From Narcine bancroftii (lineage: Eukaryota): a stretch of DNA of 64,000 bases. The translations under genes were made by a program, and so were the position numbers. Below, piece after piece: positions 1 through 11,329 of the stretch. The notes below the pieces were generated by a model. The model was not told the DNA's origin. It ran no database searches and saw nothing but the letters and a program-made list of their open reading frames with translations. Positions within the stretch are counted from its first letter, which is position 1, and every line of letters begins with the position of its first letter. The stretch is from positions 52,452,001 to 52,516,000 of the forward strand of contig NC_091472.1 of assembly GCF_036971445.1 (NCBI RefSeq), given 5' to 3'.

Positions 1-639
1 AGCGTAATTTGATTAGGAATTTTAATATGTGGGAAGTTCAAAAGTATGCAGTAAGCCAGAATAATCTCCCACCCCAAAATATTAATTCCCTCCATCACAG
101 ATAGAGATTGGCTGCATATTATTCTACAAAATGCACTATCAGAGAAGCAGCTGATTCTCGTCATCATTAACTAGTGCAACTAAGCCAGTGCTCAACAGAG
201 AAATAGTAAATATTTATCATTATTCTACTGCTCTCAAATTATTGCAAAGTCTGTGGAAGCAGATCAATTCAACAATAGTTATATAATTGGAATACTCTTT
301 TCAAAGAGATTTAAAAAGATTTACTTTATGACAATTTTTCAGGTTAGAATTATCTCTGCCCATTTTGAAATGTGGTAACAATACAACTGAATATGAAAGC
401 AAACCCTTTTTGCTGCCGTGACAGTACAATGGCTTGCATAATTATCTCTACTGTAAAGAATCTATATTTATTTCAGGCCAGCACCTGTTTAAACCTTGAC
501 TATAGGATAAGATTGTAAGATTATGGACAAAGAATATTTTATTTTGTTCAAGGCAACCAATTGGAAAGCTTAATTCAGGTATTGCATAAAACCACAAAGG
601 AGACCAGAAATTTGAAAAACAGTTTAGGGTGGTATATTT

Positions 640-835
640 AGCGTACCATTTTGTGTAACGCTATTGCAGGGCCAGTAATCAGGAATGGAGTACAAATCCC
701 ATGCATTCTGTAAATAATTTATACCTTCTTCCCATGTCTGCGTGGATTTCTACTGGGTGCTCCAGTTTCCTCCCACCATTTAAATTATACTGGGGATGAT
801 AGGTCAATTTGGTGTCATTTGGAGGCATTGGTCCT
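640..835 (+). mobile_element. Decayed SINE (V-SINE/HE1-like core)
   Basis: Contains tctgcgtggatttctactgggtgctccagtttcctcccac, a core typical of fish/shark SINEs. Related reverse copies lie at ~24240-24490 and ~34405-34660. Confidence 0.6.
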
Positions 836-1093
836 GTTCCTTTTTTAAAATCTTTCCATTCAGGTGATAAGACTATTGATCAAAAATCTAGATATATTTT
901 TAATCAATAAGTCACTTGTAAAATTTACATTATATGCAGTCTCAAGGCACAGGTCAAGTATGTTTTTCTTTATTGCAGGTTTAACATTGAATTTAAACTT
1001 TTGAAAAATAGTTTTAAAACATTTCAATGACTTTATTCAATTGAAATTTGATTTTTTTAAATGTTCTAATGTCTGTAAATTGTTCATAAAGAA

Positions 1094-1355
1094 CAGTGGT
1101 TCTCAACCCTTTTCTTTCCACTCACATATTACTTTTAAATATTCCGTATGCCATTGGTGCTCTGTGATTAGTAAGGGATTGCTTAAGGTGGTATGTGAGT
1201 GGGAAGGGAAGATTGAGAACTACTGCTCTAGACCCAATTGTTACTGAAATGTTTTCCTTGAGAAAAGAATGTCATTGGCCCATTTCCTTTGGAGTTGTGA
1301 AACCGTGCATATAATGAGTCAATTAGGTACAATTAAAACTTTTTCTTTCCACTCT
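1094..1355. mobile_element. hAT/Charlie-like non-autonomous element (MITE), composite
   Basis: Starts cagtggttctcaacc. The subunit ends ttgagaactactg and is followed by ctctagac, a hAT-type target. A homologous reverse copy lies at 35562-35870. Confidence 0.6.
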
Positions 1356-1409
1356 TCCACAGAAATTCTTATCTGTTCCCTTAATTATATAATTCCCATA
1401 TCACTACAG

Positions 1410-1830
1410 ATCAGCTCTTCTCCTCTCTTCCCTTCTTAGCCACAGGACCAGCCTCTGTGTCAGAGACCTAATTACTGTGGCTTGTTCCTGGTAGGTCGTC
1501 TCCCTGAACAGAATTCAAAATGATATATTTGTTATTGAGAAAATGGCCACAGTGGTGCCCTGCACTGCCTGCCTTTGTCTCTCCTGACTGTCACCCATAT
1601 ACCTTCCTCTTGCCTCCTAGGTGAGATAGTGTCCCTGTAAATCCTGTCTATCACCTGCCCAGTCTCTTGAATGAGGCATACTGCTGGCTTCCCCAATGAC
1701 CCACATTCTGAAAGAGGCATATTTCCCTGCCTTGGCTGCCATTCTCATTGCCTATGACTAGAGTAAAGAATATATATGATATTTAAAATATGCCCTTACC
1801 TGTCCCTACTTGCTAATCTTCTTTGTTCCT
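1410..1830 (-). mobile_element. CR1-type LINE ORF1 fragment
   Basis: ORF 1532-1720 (VIDRIYRDTISPRRQEEGIWVTVRRDKG) is homologous to the CR1 ORF1 remnant at 23269-23842. Confidence 0.6.
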
Positions 1831-2871
1831 CTATAGGCTGGCCCTTACTTCAAGTCCTGCATCACCACCTCAGCCTCTTCTCACCACTCTGACTTAGTCC
1901 ACTCTGATGATGACCACTTGCTCCATATTTTGTATTCATGGTTTTTATGTTTTAAGCCATCATAGCACAGAAAGAACCATGAGGAAAATTACAATATTTT
2001 CTCATTATAAATTTGGCCATCAAATACAGAAACCCCAATTCTGCACATTCAGTCATAATATTTATGATCTTAATCCATTCAGGTGACATAAAAAAAATAT
2101 TGCAAAAGGTTATGTGACATGCAAATAAAGACAGAGATTCCAATGAAGATTTGGGAGCCATTCAACCAGAATTGTGCTGAAGAAAAAATTGGAATCATCA
2201 CAGGTTGGGTGGGGGGGGGGGTGCTGTGCTCATGTTCTTGTGGGTGGAGCACACTTCCCAGGACAAGGTAAAGGGAATTAAACATCTGTTCCCATTGGGC
2301 TGGAACAAAGAAGTAATATTGTGTCAAATGTTCTATTATTACACAGGATAAATGCATGGCATTAACAATTCATGTTTGTGAGCTAATGTTCAACAGACGT
2401 GCAACATCATGAATTGACGTTCCATTATGATGAAGGTGAACTGTCCAATTCACACAAGCTCATATAAACCAAAATAAGATATTTCCTTCATCCAATAAAT
2501 TTTCATTATCAGGTGCCAGACTTGAATCATTAAAATTAACCTGAATTTTAAGGAACCTTATGAAGTACACCCAAAAAGGCAAGAAAGTTGGTTCGCTGAA
2601 TGTTTTTTGTAATTTTTGTAATAATGCCCTGTGACAAATTCTCCAAGGCAGTCCCATGGGGAACAAGAATAATCTGCTTTCAACTCCTTATCTGTGGGTT
2701 TTGAAGAGGATGAGAAATATAATATTGGATTTGTAGACTCTGCTATAGGTGGGGCAAGTTGTGCTCTAAGGAATCGGTAGGTAGTTTGGGATGTCATGTT
2801 CTTTGTCAATTAGAGAACATTTGATTTTGTTCAAAAAGATGTTGAGGAAATTAGGGAATCATTTTCAATGT

Positions 2872-3277
2872 TGTGGCGACTATCTTCCTTTATAGTCACT
2901 TGGATAGATTAGAATGTTGTTGTTGTTTATGACTCATTCAGACTAATCTGTACTAAATGTGAATTGAGTTTTCCACAGTTTGTGAAACCTTATTATCTGA
3001 TAATACATTATTATAAGCTGCTAAAAAAGACATTGTTATACAGTACAAAAACAATAATTAAATGATGCTTAAAAAAGTCAATAAAAGTTTTCGGACCATT
3101 CCAAGTCCCTTCATCTTCACAGAACAAAGGAAATCCAAAACTGACTGTTTATCTTAAACACGCAGAGAAAGAGGCCTTGGCTAAGAAGACGTTTCTATGG
3201 AGACACTCAAAGAATATAAACAGCATCTACACAGATTGCTGTAGAATCTGCTTCCAACTTGCAGTTTAACCCTTACA
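2872..3277 (-). repeat. BEL/Pao 3' LTR
   Basis: TG...CA bounded; aligns by eye along its length with 16863-17250, with many substitutions. Confidence 0.75.
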
Positions 3278-3584
3278 ATACTGCCCCCTAATTATTATAT
3301 CCAAAAATAAATGACCATTACAAAGAAAAAAAATCAAACATCATAGTATATGTCGATTAAATATTCAAAAGAAAGTGAAATTAAATTTATCAAAGCTTTC
3401 TGCTTCTTGTAAAAGACTAATTTTGGTAATTGGTCTGTTCAGAAAGCCAATTTTAGTCTTAATTCGAACTTGACAAACAAGTCCTCTTTTGTCCTGGTTG
3501 ATATCAACAATCTTTCCCATCAACCCGGAATTTTGAAGTGTTGAATTTTCCATGACATTCATTCCCTTTTTCTGACTTAAAATG

Positions 3585-4373
3585 TGTTGGACTCTGGCTT
3601 TAATTTATTTACTCTTAATTTAGTCTATGTGTGAGCTGAGTCCAGCGCGTTCGTTGAATGAAGTGATAGGAGAAGGTATTCGGTTCAACAGTCAGTTTAT
3701 TACACCACACAGCACAGCACAGCACAAGAATAAAACTTAACAGAGCTCTGGGTCAGTCTGTTAGTTCATAGGTCACCTGCCAGTGAGCTACTCCCCGAGA
3801 CTGACCCCTATTGTCCAGTTGGCACAGTTTATATAGGTCAATCTTATCACACAGAACAAAAGTTGTTTTCCCTGCTAGATCTTTTTGCATAAGGGTTATC
3901 ACAAGTCATCTCCTGTTTTGCAGATTTCTGGGGTGTAGCCTTCCCATGTTAATCCTCCAGGCCAGACTATCCTGTTGTTTAGATCTGAAATTAATTCATC
4001 CCCAGATATTTCTAATCACCATTTGGTCCCTGTCTGGCCAATTTCTGCTGTTCTCTTTAACACCTCCTCGTGCCTTAATCTTCCTCCTAGACTGGTTTTC
4101 CATTCCCTTTGATTCTTGCGGGCCATTCTTTGTTCTGATCTGGCCTGTGTCTCCTGTGCTACTTCCCACCTCCTTCAGTTGAGCATTCCTCCTAAATCGT
4201 TTTATGCATATCCTCTCCCTGTATCTTGGGAGCGGCCAATTTCTGTTCAGCCAACTTTGCTCCATGCTGTGACAGCCACTTAGCCACATTCCTCTTTCCC
4301 TGACTCATGCAGTACAAATAAACTTATTGATTAATCATTTATTTCATAATGTTTTAACCCCTAGATTCCAACA
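3585..4373 (-). repeat. ERV-A 3' LTR
   Basis: tgttgg...ccaaca terminal inverted repeat. PPT is adjacent (4374-4390, gagaccaaaagggggac on minus). Confidence 0.97.
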
Positions 4374-4790
4374 GTCCCCCTTTTGGTCTCATGAAAATGA
4401 GACCAACCACCAGTTAACTTATTAGATAGAGAAATCCGGGTACATGCCAGGGTTGGCATTTCTGATCCCTTGTAATCATTACACTCTTGAGAGGGCAGTA
4501 GGGACAAATACATGCCTTGGGGTCTGGGGATGTCTCTATGTGACAGCGCTCGTTGAATGAGGCACTGGAGGCAGGGAAGGATGCATGGGATCAGAATCAA
4601 CGCCAAAACTGCAAATCCAGCAACTAGCACTATAGTATGTATCCATCCCCAGTCTCCAGAGAACAAATTTCCCAGCCATGCGCTGCCCAAGGGTCGCCAG
4701 GTCTGAACCGGGACGTGAGCTAATTTGCGAATACCTGAAGAAATCTCCTTTACTGCTTGCCCATTGTCATCGATTTTTAAACAACAATAG
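4361..4790 (-). pseudogene. env: Env TM C-terminal remnant (ERV3-like gamma-type TM)
   Basis: Manual translation gives [30 protein letters not shown], then the hydrophobic anchor [23 protein letters not shown], furin site and immunosuppressive domain are absent. Confidence 0.85.
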
Positions 4791-4868
4791 ATTCTACCAT
4801 CAACAGTCCCCGGAGTCCAATATGTTCTTTAAAGGGACCCGTTCAGAAAGTTCTTAGTCCGTAGTTGC

Positions 4869-5396
4869 TCACAGGTTCTCAGTCGCCGCCGTACGAATCT
4901 GTTCCAGTGTCCGTGCTGGTGGGTCCGTGGCTGCACACTGACTCCAATGATACCACGTCTCGCCTTTTCCCTGTAGTCGAACCGCGTGGGACGTCCTCTC
5001 CACCACTCGGTAGGGTCCTGTCCACCTGGGCTCCGACCACTTTCTCTTGATGACCTTTAGCAGAATCCACTCCGCGACTGAAGGTATCGGTGTTTCCCCT
5101 TCTCTGTTGGGACTTGTGACCTGTTGTGAAAAATCTGACACCAAAGCCGTTAGTTTATCATAATACAGCTTGCATCCCATTGAACTTACCTCATTCTTCG
5201 TAGTCTGACTTCCGGCTCCCGGTCCCGGGAACTGGTGCCCCGTTCGTAGTTCATATGGAGTGAATCCTGTCACAGAACTTACCAAACTCCTAATTGACAT
5301 TAATGCCAGAGGCAACGCATCCACCCAATTTAGTTTGGTCCGTGCCTGTACTTTCCCGATCTTACCTTTTATTGTTTGGTTCATCCTCTCCACTAT
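4869..5396 (-). pseudogene. pol: Integrase C-terminal half
   Basis: VERMNQTIK..WVDALPLALMSIR..TGFTPYE..WTGPY (GPY/F module). The HHCC finger and first two catalytic Asp are absent, and the segment is out of frame with RT. Confidence 0.88.
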
Positions 5397-7418
5397 TTTC
5401 TGCCATGTTAATGCCTTCATGGGTAAACGTAACATTTGGAGCATTCAGGATCTTTTCTAGTCTCGTCTGCCTTAACGAAGTCATTGTAAATGCTGTGGAG
5501 CTCACAAATGCTACAATACTATGTGTTGTTAATACTGTCAGGCCATGTCCCATTACTATGTGTGCCACCTTTTGTAGAATCTTTGCTACTCCTGCTGCAT
5601 GTCTTGTACATGGTGGGTGTCTGTCTTCCGTTGGGTCTAGTGTGATACTCCCATACATGAGCACACATCTTCCACCCCCTTTTTTCTGAAAAAGAACACC
5701 ATCAATTGTGTGTGCTTTTTCAGAAACATCCAAAAAGAAAGGTAGTTTATAATTTGGAATAGCCAAATCTATAGCTGTTGTAAGAGCTTGCTTCAATAGA
5801 ATAAAACTCATCTCAGCCTGTGCAGTCCAATCCAGTGTAGCTCCCAGGTTCCTCATCCCCTGCTCATTCACCAAAGTTCGCAGTGGATGTGTCAATTCAC
5901 CATACGATGGGATAAACTGCCTACTATAACCTGACAAACCCAAAAACGAAAGCATCTCTTTAACTGTCTTTGGTTTTGTATGATGTAGTATCGCTGTTTG
6001 ATGTGCAGGGGAAATCCCTGTGCCTTTCGCTGAGACCATTCTCCCTAAAAAGGTGACCACCTGTCTGCAGCATTGCAGCTTTGAGCGAGAGACTTTAAAG
6101 CCTGCCTTAAACAGCTGCACTAGCAGGAGACAGGTGGCCTCCAAACAGGAAGCATGATCAGGTGCTGCTAATAGGATGTCATCTACATACTGGATCAGAA
6201 CTACCCCACCTGGCAGTGCTAGCCCCCCCAGCTGTTCTTTCAACACCTGATAGAAAATCCCTGGAGATAAAATAAAGCCCTGTGGAAGCCTAGTATACCG
6301 CAACTTTCTACCTCTATACGTGAACGAAAACACATCTCTTAATGGTTCTGCCAGCGGCAAGCAAAAGAAAGCATTCGCTAAATCAATGCAAGAGAACCAC
6401 TTGTGGTTGGGGGTTAAAGCAGTCATGGCAGTATATGGGTTTGGTACTGGAACTGTGGGTGTACTCACAATACCATTGATGCGCCTTAAGTCATGGGCCA
6501 TCCGATATTTGCCCGTGTCCTGTTTAGGAACAGGTAAGATGGGTGTATTCCAACTGGAACCCGAATGTTCCAACACCCCTGCATGTATAAGGCCATCAAT
6601 GGTACTTGCCAAACCCTCCTCAGCGTCAGGTTTGTGGGGATACTGCATCTGCCAAATAGGGGTGAAATCTGACAGTTCGAAGGTTATGGGATCAACCTGC
6701 TGACAAAAACCCACATCTGCTGGTCCCACTGACCACAGGTTCTCAGGGAGAGAATCTAGCATAGGGGCCGAGTCGGGGTGATCCATCTTCTCTCTACCAT
6801 GAAAGCGTTCAATCTGTCTATGCTCAAGGAGGACTTGATCATATGTAATGGACCAAATTCTGTATGCCTGAGCAGATGAGGAGAACTGCACTGTCGGTAT
6901 TTGAGTGTCAGACCAGTCACCCAGGGACCTCAAGTTCCGACACATCGGTCCCAAATCTTTTGCCTGGTGCGTAGTGCCAATTGCAAGGGTGACATGAGGA
7001 ATGGCCTCACCTGCCATCTCATACCATTCCAGCTGCTCAGATGTCAGTGCCACCGCAGCGGCCACTCCCTCCTTTCCTATCACTATGTAGTCCGAATTAA
7101 TTTCCCATTGCCTGCCCTCTACCTCTTCATAAAAGGCATGCTGATACATTTCATCCCCATCCCTATCGTAAAAGAGGGTCATATGGGGAGGGTCCGAGGG
7201 AGGGGTATACGGGTGTAACGTCTGAATCCATGGCTTCCATTGATTATACAACTTTAGCAGCCCTACCTTCTGTGGGTCCTCTGTTTCCAGCAGCCCCCAG
7301 TAAATGTCAGCCCATTGTCCCTCAGACACGGATCCTCCAGCTGCTGCCAACAACATTTGAGAACCGGAATGAAGTGTAGTTACTGAACAGTTCATAGAAA
7401 ATGCATTTGGAAAGGTGA
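5396..7418 (-). pseudogene. pol: Pol segment: 2H phosphoesterase-like domain + reverse transcriptase + connection; RNase H missing
   Basis: Open frame with PHMTLF and PHVTLA, then YRMAHDLRRIN, IDLANAFF, RLPQGF and QYVDD (6178-6189). Homology breaks at INMAEN (~5396). Confidence 0.92.
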
Positions 7419-7691
7419 CCTAGGGCACCTGGCTGACAAAATGTACTGATGTGTAAAAGTCTGTCCTGCCACAGAAGTGACTAGTGGTGTAGAAAACGGC
7501 AGATTTTCTGGTGTACCCGAGAACCCTATCAGCTGGACGCTAGAGGATGATGTTTTATCTTGAAACTCAGCGCCAGTGAGTGTTGAAAACCTGGCTCCTG
7601 TATCCACTAAAAACGATACTTTCATGTCCATGACTTTCATCTGCAGGAAAGGGTCTGCCAACCTAGCCTGCTCGTGGGTACTCGGGCTCCG
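7392..7691 (-). pseudogene. pro: Retroviral aspartic protease, C-terminally deleted/frameshifted
   Basis: FLVDTGARFS active site, in frame with gag after the TGA. After SARCP the expected xLLGRD motif is absent and the frame shifts (~7420). Confidence 0.85.
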
Positions 7692-9827
7692 TCACTGTGG
7701 GCAATATTGCTCCTCCTCTGTCAGCAAAGGGAATTGTCTCCTCGGAGCTAGAGCCGCATAGGGTGCCTGATGTACCGGGGGTGGCACTGACGATCTCTGG
7801 GGCTGGACCCAAGGCTCCTGTTGTGGTGGTCCATAGCCCCTTGCCCCTGGGTCCCGAGGCTCCCAAACTAGGGGACAGTCTCTCTTCAAGTGTCCTGGCT
7901 GACCGCATCCAAAACATACGGCTGGCTGCCTTCGTGGAGCACTCCGAACTCTCCCTCTTACTCGGAATCCCCCCATTGGACCTCCCATTCTGCCCCCATC
8001 GGTGGGACCCGGTGCCCAATATGGGGCCGGGTGCCAATTTGTATCATTCCCTTGTGGTGGCTGCGGTGGCTGCTGAATCATCTGGTTCGCACCCTTTGAG
8101 GAAATCTTTTTTTCCTCATTCGCCTTTTGCCTAGCCTCTGCTAATTGAAGCTTAAGGAGTTGCACTTGTGCCGACTCCGTAGTTTGTTTGTCCTCCTTTT
8201 GCTTAGCCCTGTAACGTTTCAGGTGATGGGTCAAATGTTTTTCCCATTGCTCATTCGAGCAGCCAGGAATATCAGGGTTATTATCTAACGTCTCCCTCAC
8301 AACAGCTGGCAGTCCGCTTGTTACTGCCGCCCTAAAGAGAGTAGTCTGCAAGGGATCTGCGGCCGGGTGTACTCCTGCTTTATTGGTCCAATACTCCTTA
8401 CACTGACTCAAAAAAGTAGAGATCTCCTCATCCTCCTTTATGGAAAAGGTCAGGGACTGCATGACACCGGGGGGAACGGGAAACTTATCCCGCATTGCCC
8501 CTCCTATTGCCGTAGCATGGTTGGCACATGGCTCAGCATCGAGGCACCTAGTGATTCCTGCGATCATTTCTACCTGCTGAATCTCCCACAGCCCAAGCTG
8601 TTTCCCCAATAATGCTCTCCAATCCCCTATGGCTATCTTATGTCCCATCGTAAGTTGGCAGAACTTTCCCATCCACGCTCCCCCTCCCTCAGTCGGAGGT
8701 GGCATTTTGTCCAAAATACAATTCATGTCAGTGAATGAGAAGGGTTGATACCTTTCCCCAATTTGCGGACCCTCATAAATTAGCAGCATCTGTCTATATC
8801 TTTCTGGAAGCCGTACTTCCCCCCTTTCCCGCAACGCATATCCCAAAGGGGAGCAAGGGTTCTCCTGACCCTGTCTTCTGTGTGTGATCATGCTTCCCCT
8901 GATCGTGACTGGCTGTTCCTCCTCTTCACTCTCAACACTCACACTAGCTATTTCAGTTTCCTCGTTCTGCTCTCTCTCCCGCTCCCATCTGACACTCGCT
9001 GGGTCATATCCCTTCCTATTCTCTTCTTGTCCCAGCTCTCTCCCCGCTGTGTTTCCTAAGCACCTACTATGTTCCCTTACTGCAGCTATCTCATTCTGTC
9101 CTTCGTGTACTTGCTCTCTCTCATTTGTTTTTTCCCATCGCATACTAGTCTCCCTTACTTTACATACATCATTCTGTATTTCCTTTGTTAACTCCTTCAT
9201 GTCCTCCACCCTTTCCTGCATAACTCTTTTAAGTCTCTCCTTCGCCTCCTGGAGTTCGTGACCTGCTAATTCAGTGACCTCCACTATTCCCTCATTTATC
9301 TGCATCACGGGCATTTGGGAAATAGGATAAGGTGGTGGCCATATCTCTGGTAACTTTGGATATAGCGGGGCTGACGGCTTAACCTCCCCCGTATTCTCCT
9401 TAGTGATATGGGATCCTTTTTTAATATCATGTAGAAGGTTCAGTTCCACAGCCATGCAAGCCAATGTCATATTGTGTAAATCTGCCCTTCTCTGTTCCTT
9501 CACTCCTTTCTGTTGTTTGAGCCTTCTTTTATTCCATAAAGACCCTTGTGTCTTTGCCTCATGTTCCTGTACCTCCTTGGCTGCTTCCCTCTCTGCTTCT
9601 CCTAAGTACAGTAACAGCCGGATTTTTTCAAACCCTCGTGGTACCTTCCCCTGACTCTGCAGCTCTTTCCAAATCTGTTCGTACCGTTCCATAGCCTGTA
9701 CCTCCTCTCCCTTCGGTAATCCTCCCAGTAATTGATTCCTTGTATTTTCCCACTGTCTGTCTACAGATGGGGGAACTCCTCTGTCTTCCCCGAACTCTTG
9801 CCCTACATCCCTTATTACTCCTTCCAT
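7692..9827 (-). CDS. gag: Gag polyprotein, open (about 711 aa from first ATG; frame stays open upstream)
   Basis: PSAP and PPPY late motifs (PSAPLYPKLP, WPPPYP) and a single knuckle CFGCGQPGHLKRDC. ATG at 9827 in context GAGATGG; the ORF-track start at 9923 is GTG. Confidence 0.9.
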   Translation of the reverse strand: MEGVIRDVGQEFGEDRGVPPSVDRQWENTRNQLLGGLPKGEEVQAMERYEQIWKELQSQGKVPRGFEKIRLLLYLGEAEREAAKEVQEHEAKTQGSLWNKRRLKQQKGVKEQRRADLHNMTLACMAVELNLLHDIKKGSHITKENTGEVKPSAPLYPKLPEIWPPPYPISQMPVMQINEGIVEVTELAGHELQEAKERLKRVMQERVEDMKELTKEIQNDVCKVRETSMRWEKTNEREQVHEGQNEIAAVREHSRCLGNTAGRELGQEENRKGYDPASVRWEREREQNEETEIASVSVESEEEEQPVTIRGSMITHRRQGQENPCSPLGYALRERGEVRLPERYRQMLLIYEGPQIGERYQPFSFTDMNCILDKMPPPTEGGGAWMGKFCQLTMGHKIAIGDWRALLGKQLGLWEIQQVEMIAGITRCLDAEPCANHATAIGGAMRDKFPVPPGVMQSLTFSIKEDEEISTFLSQCKEYWTNKAGVHPAADPLQTTLFRAAVTSGLPAVVRETLDNNPDIPGCSNEQWEKHLTHHLKRYRAKQKEDKQTTESAQVQLLKLQLAEARQKANEEKKISSKGANQMIQQPPQPPQGNDTNWHPAPYWAPGPTDGGRMGGPMGGFRVRGRVRSAPRRQPAVCFGCGQPGHLKRDCPLVWEPRDPGARGYGPPQQEPWVQPQRSSVPPPVHQAPYAALAPRRQFPLLTEEEQYCPQ

Positions 9828-10339
9828 CTCTGTTCCGATTTTTATCCCTTTAGACCTCGTACTCCCTGGCTCTCTCTCCTGGTAGGATTTTGACACCCTG
9901 CACTCTACTTCGACCCTTTCCACGTTATTATAACCACCAGATGACCAGCAGCTCCCTGAAAACAGGTGTTCCCCTTCAGGGATGATCAGAGAGAGAGCCA
10001 GGTGGGGGATTATGTGTCTCGTGGTTGTGTGAAGTGTCTATTGTTTGTTTTGCGGTTAGCTTGTTAGTTTCCCCCTTTGTGTGAAATGTACATTGTTTGT
10101 TTTGCGGTTAGTCTGTGTACACAGGTGCCTCACTGTGTGACTGCCTATCCCCACTGTGTTTCCCTGATCCGTATTCTAAATACCTTGCCTCTATGCCCTC
10201 TCTACCCTGTAAAACAGTACAATCTGTAACCTCTGCTACCCCTTTTTCAGAAGTACTTAAAACATCGAGAGTAATACAGTGATATACACAGCAACAATAC
10301 CAGCGTGCATGAAAAAACAGTTAAATGCCGAACACCTTA

Positions 10340-10572
10340 TACAGATACTTATTACTATTATGGTACACGATTCTTAAACAAATACTTATTATACACTACT
10401 ATGGTACACGATTCTTAAACAAATACTTATTACACACTATAGAAACAAATAACTATAACACAATACACCTTATACAGATCCTTATTATACACTACTATGG
10501 TACACGATTCTTAAACAAATACTTATTACACACTATAGAAACAAATAACTATAACACAATACACCTTATACT
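10340..10572. repeat. 96-bp tandem duplication plus partial copy in ERV-A leader
   Basis: actactatggtacacgattcttaaacaaatacttatt at 10395 and 10491, with a partial copy near 10355. Confidence 0.9.
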
Positions 10573-10634
10573 ACTTGGCCAAGTGTCTAAATCTACCTCT
10601 CGAGATTGCTACAAGGGGCTCCAACCCCGTTCTA

Positions 10635-11139
10635 CTAGAGGGACCTCAACCTCCTTAGAGGGATTCCAACCGGACCTCAACCTCCTTAGAGGGATTCCAA
10701 CCTTTTCCTAGAGGGACCTCAACCTCCGTAGAGGGATTCCAACCTCCTTTTCCTAGAGGGACCTCAACCTCCGTAGAGGGATTCCAACCGGACCTCAACC
10801 TCCTTAGAGGGATTCCAACCTTTTCCTAGAGGGACCTCAACCTCCGTAGAGGGATTCCAACCTCCTTTTCCTAGAGGGACCTCAACCTCCGTAGAGGGAT
10901 TCCAACCTCCTTTTCCTAGAGGGACCTCAACCTCCGTAGAGGGATTCCAACCTCCTTTTCCTCGAGGGACCTCAACCTCCGTAGAGGGATTCCAACCTCC
11001 TTTTCCTAGAGGGACCTCAACCTCCGTAGAGGGATTCCAACCTCCTTTTCCTAGAGGGACCTCAACCTCCGTAGAGGGATTCCAACCTCCTTTTCCTCGA
11101 GGGACCTCAACCTCCGTAGAGGGATTCCAACCTCCTTTT
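10635..11139 (-). repeat. ~45-bp tandem array (about 12 units) in ERV-A leader
   Basis: Unit cctagagggacctcaacctccgtagagggattccaacctcctttt, with a few shortened variants. Confidence 0.95.
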
Positions 11140-11329
11140 GTTTTATTCTTGTCTTTAACTAGGTCTTTTGCAGAGTAGTGACAACACACAATTTTATCTT
11201 TGCCAATCGCAGAACTTCGTTTGAACAGGCGTCTGCTTACCTCACTCTGTTGAATGGTCACTTGTTGTTATCATCACCCCACAATCGACCGGTGTTTCGT
11301 ATCTTTTCTTCCGTCACTTCTCCATCTTC

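Noticed and set aside
3811-4289. ORFs inside ERV LTRs (also 11577-12055, 26350-26544, 32016-32210)
   Set aside because: Short, non-ATG or motif-less, and duplicated only because the LTRs are.
5260-9654. Plus-strand ORFs antisense to ERV-A gag/pol
   Set aside because: Shadow frames of a coding strand, with no motifs or promoter evidence.
10635-11139. CRISPR array
   Set aside because: Units are contiguous with no unique spacers, there are no cas genes, and the context is a eukaryotic provirus leader.
10764-11261. 165-aa repeat protein (GKGGWNPSTEVEVPL)n as an accessory gene
   Set aside because: It starts at GTG and is open only because the 45-bp unit is a multiple of three without a stop. 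There is no independent support for translation.
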